Assembly: GCA_051362555.1 (NCBI GenBank)
Contig: CM120640.1
Location: 35,173,967-35,237,966, forward strand
Reading direction: 5' to 3'
Length of the DNA: 64,000 nt
DNA from: Lingula anatina
Taxonomy: Eukaryota; Animalia; Brachiopoda
Below, one piece after another: positions 61,686 through 64,000 of the stretch. Positions within the stretch are counted from its first letter, which is position 1, and every line of letters starts with the position of its first letter. The translations under genes and the position numbers were made by a program. The notes beneath the pieces are model-generated. The model was not told where the DNA came from, did no database searches, and worked only from the letters and a program-made list of their open reading frames with translations.

Positions 61686-64000
61686 GTTGTCAAATTTCCC
61701 TCCGAGATGACTCTGCCCACGTGGGTGTTACAAGTGGTTTGTAAAAGCGGAGGGAAAGTCCATTCAAGTGACCAGGGGGCAAGTCTCAAATCACTATTGC
61801 CGCACTGGATCTAGTTTATTATTTTTTTACCGTAGAAATCAACACTAAGTACTCCTTGTGTTTCTTAAAACACAACTTAATCAACTTTACTGACGCATTA
61901 TTATTGCAGAAGGAAGCCAAATTTGTGTGAACGTGTGTTTGTAGGAGGGGGGGAAGAGAATAAGTAAAACTATGCGTAATTGAAGCCTGCCGGGTCTAAG
62001 TCCACCGATGTAACTGACATTGCCAATATTAATATTTGTGTGACTGACCGAATTTCATTTCTTTGTGACACTGGTGAATGTAAGTAGAAAAAAAATCGGT
62101 GTTAAAAACTGAAAATAAACTGATTTTACTTTGCCCACAAATCGACTTCCAACGACATTTAAAATCATTTTTAGTTTTGCTGTTAAAGATTGAATCTTTA
62201 AATAAAAAATTAGTATATCAAATCAAGCAATTACGTCTTTGAATAGATCATTAATTCCTAATGATTGATTTTGAGGCGATGTTATCCGATCCTCTCTTGA
62301 AATATCCCTAAATGCTCTCGCGAAAAAATGGAAAATTGAGGGGGCTATCCGTCCTCAGAGTTGTAAGCTTGGTGTCTTGGTCTAGTATAAACTATGCCAA
62401 TCCATCAGTAGCTTTCCTCGCTCTCATAGTTATAAAAATAGTAAAGGTTATGCTCTTCTGATATAATAATACAACAGACTAAGACAGTGTAAAATCTTTT
62501 TTATTGTTTCTTTCTTAAAACGTGTATTTTTTGCACATGAACCTCACTCACTGTACACACCATTATGTGGTTTAAACCAAGATTAAAACACAGTAAGTAT
62601 AAAGGAAGACTCACAACTGATAAAACCAAAACAGTGAAATAATATTAGTATATAAACGCAGAAATTCTTAAAGACAACATCTGAGTATTCCCACTTTTGG
62701 ACAGACTAGACAAGTTCACAAAACACAGGTGCACTAAATGCTTGTCAAACAAAATGTGTCTTATAACTGTTCTACTTTTTTAAAATAATTTTGACAGTAT
62801 CTGATATGTACAATAAAACATCCTCACACCATGGCCTAGACAGATAAAGAGGTGAAATGTAATGAAACATGGACAGGAGTTATGACTAAATATTTTGACC
62901 AAAAATAAAACTGCAAATCCACTTAATTTTGTCGTTCATAGCATACTTCTTTATACCAGATGATACCAAGCAATGAATCTAATAAAAACCAAGGAACAAC
63001 CTCATGTAGATAAAGTAGCTTGTCATAACAGAGAAATGACATATTGAGACATCTCTTTTGTGCAATATGACTGTGCTTCTCATGAAATTGACACAGACAG
63101 ATACATTTGATTTAATACAAAAAATACTATAAGTAAATAAATAAAATAAAACAAAACAAATAATAATTAAACAAGCAGAGGCATAGTTTTCCTGTTAAAT
63201 TCCTTGGGTTTGATTTTCATTTCTCAAAGATCAGTGATAAACAATAAATAAAAACACCGTTTGCCAAGCATTAATTTTGCAACTTCTGAATACAGAGTAT
63301 AATTTCAACACAGAACAACACTCATCATTTCTGATACATATCTGCAAGCCTGGTATGTTCCAGTTTTAAACTGTATTTGGCAATTCAATCTTAATGTTTT
63401 GAATTTTACTAATACTACTACCTAATATCTATGCTAACCTAATTCATACGGAAGAATATTCTTGTTTTATAAATTCATTCCTCAATAAAATGTCAATCAT
63501 ATATCCCAAGTATGCATTTCTTTGACATAAAAAAAAAGTTCAATGTTTAGTATGCAAAATGATTGAAAAAGGTGATATACTGAACATATTAAAGCACCAC
63601 CCCTATCAAAGAAACAAATCACATTACTATTATGGCTCTAATGTCTGTGCACTGTATGTAGGTAATTCAAATATCAATTTTTGACAATATGGCATGGTCT
63701 GTTTGGAACTAAAGAAAAAATGCTTCTGCACGTATCAGCAGGAACAAATTTTCATTTCAAACTGAGATCAAAGAGTTTCTGACAGCTATGGAGATATACT
63801 GCGACATAGGACTCATTTCCATTGTTCTATGTAATATCAGTATTAACTACACTAAGATATAGGAAAATTAAAGGAAGGACATTTGACAAAAAAATTACAT
63901 CTCTTGTCTAAAATGCGCAGTGAATCTTAAAGTAAACAAATAAAATTCAAACAAAACAAATGAGTAGTTCATATGAATGGCAGCTGTTTGTGATACAAAT

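Noticed and set aside
62480-64000. Possible 3' UTR of a further minus-strand gene (AATAAA at ~62500)
   Set aside because: Plausible, but no coding exon in the window supports it.

Overview
AT-rich, intron-rich animal genomic DNA, most likely from an invertebrate. This is inferred from compact introns, a diverged eIF3M, an intron-containing H2A.X and mosaic CpG depletion; the species cannot be determined. Genes in order: 5' part of cysteinyl-tRNA synthetase (CARS1, -), head-to-head with EIF3M (+); a tandem array of two complete cathepsin L-like genes (-) plus a truncated third copy, with Ala in place of the catalytic Cys in both complete copies; a KIAA0930/DUF2045 gene (+); a ~15-exon gene (-) with a STRA8-type bHLH and a STRA8-type HMG-like box, i.e. 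a candidate invertebrate homologue of the vertebrate meiosis-entry factor STRA8; a HAD phosphoglycolate/glycerol-3-phosphate phosphatase (PGP, +); a decayed BEL/Pao gag; ~10 kb of gene-poor sequence; an SLC16/MCT transporter (+); and, convergent with it, a two-intron H2A.X ending in SQEY (-). Several non-autonomous DNA transposons have readable TIRs and TSDs, and one has its empty site preserved in a paralogous segment. Exon boundaries were read by eye and may be off by a few bases. Homology calls rest on remembered family motifs, not on database searches.
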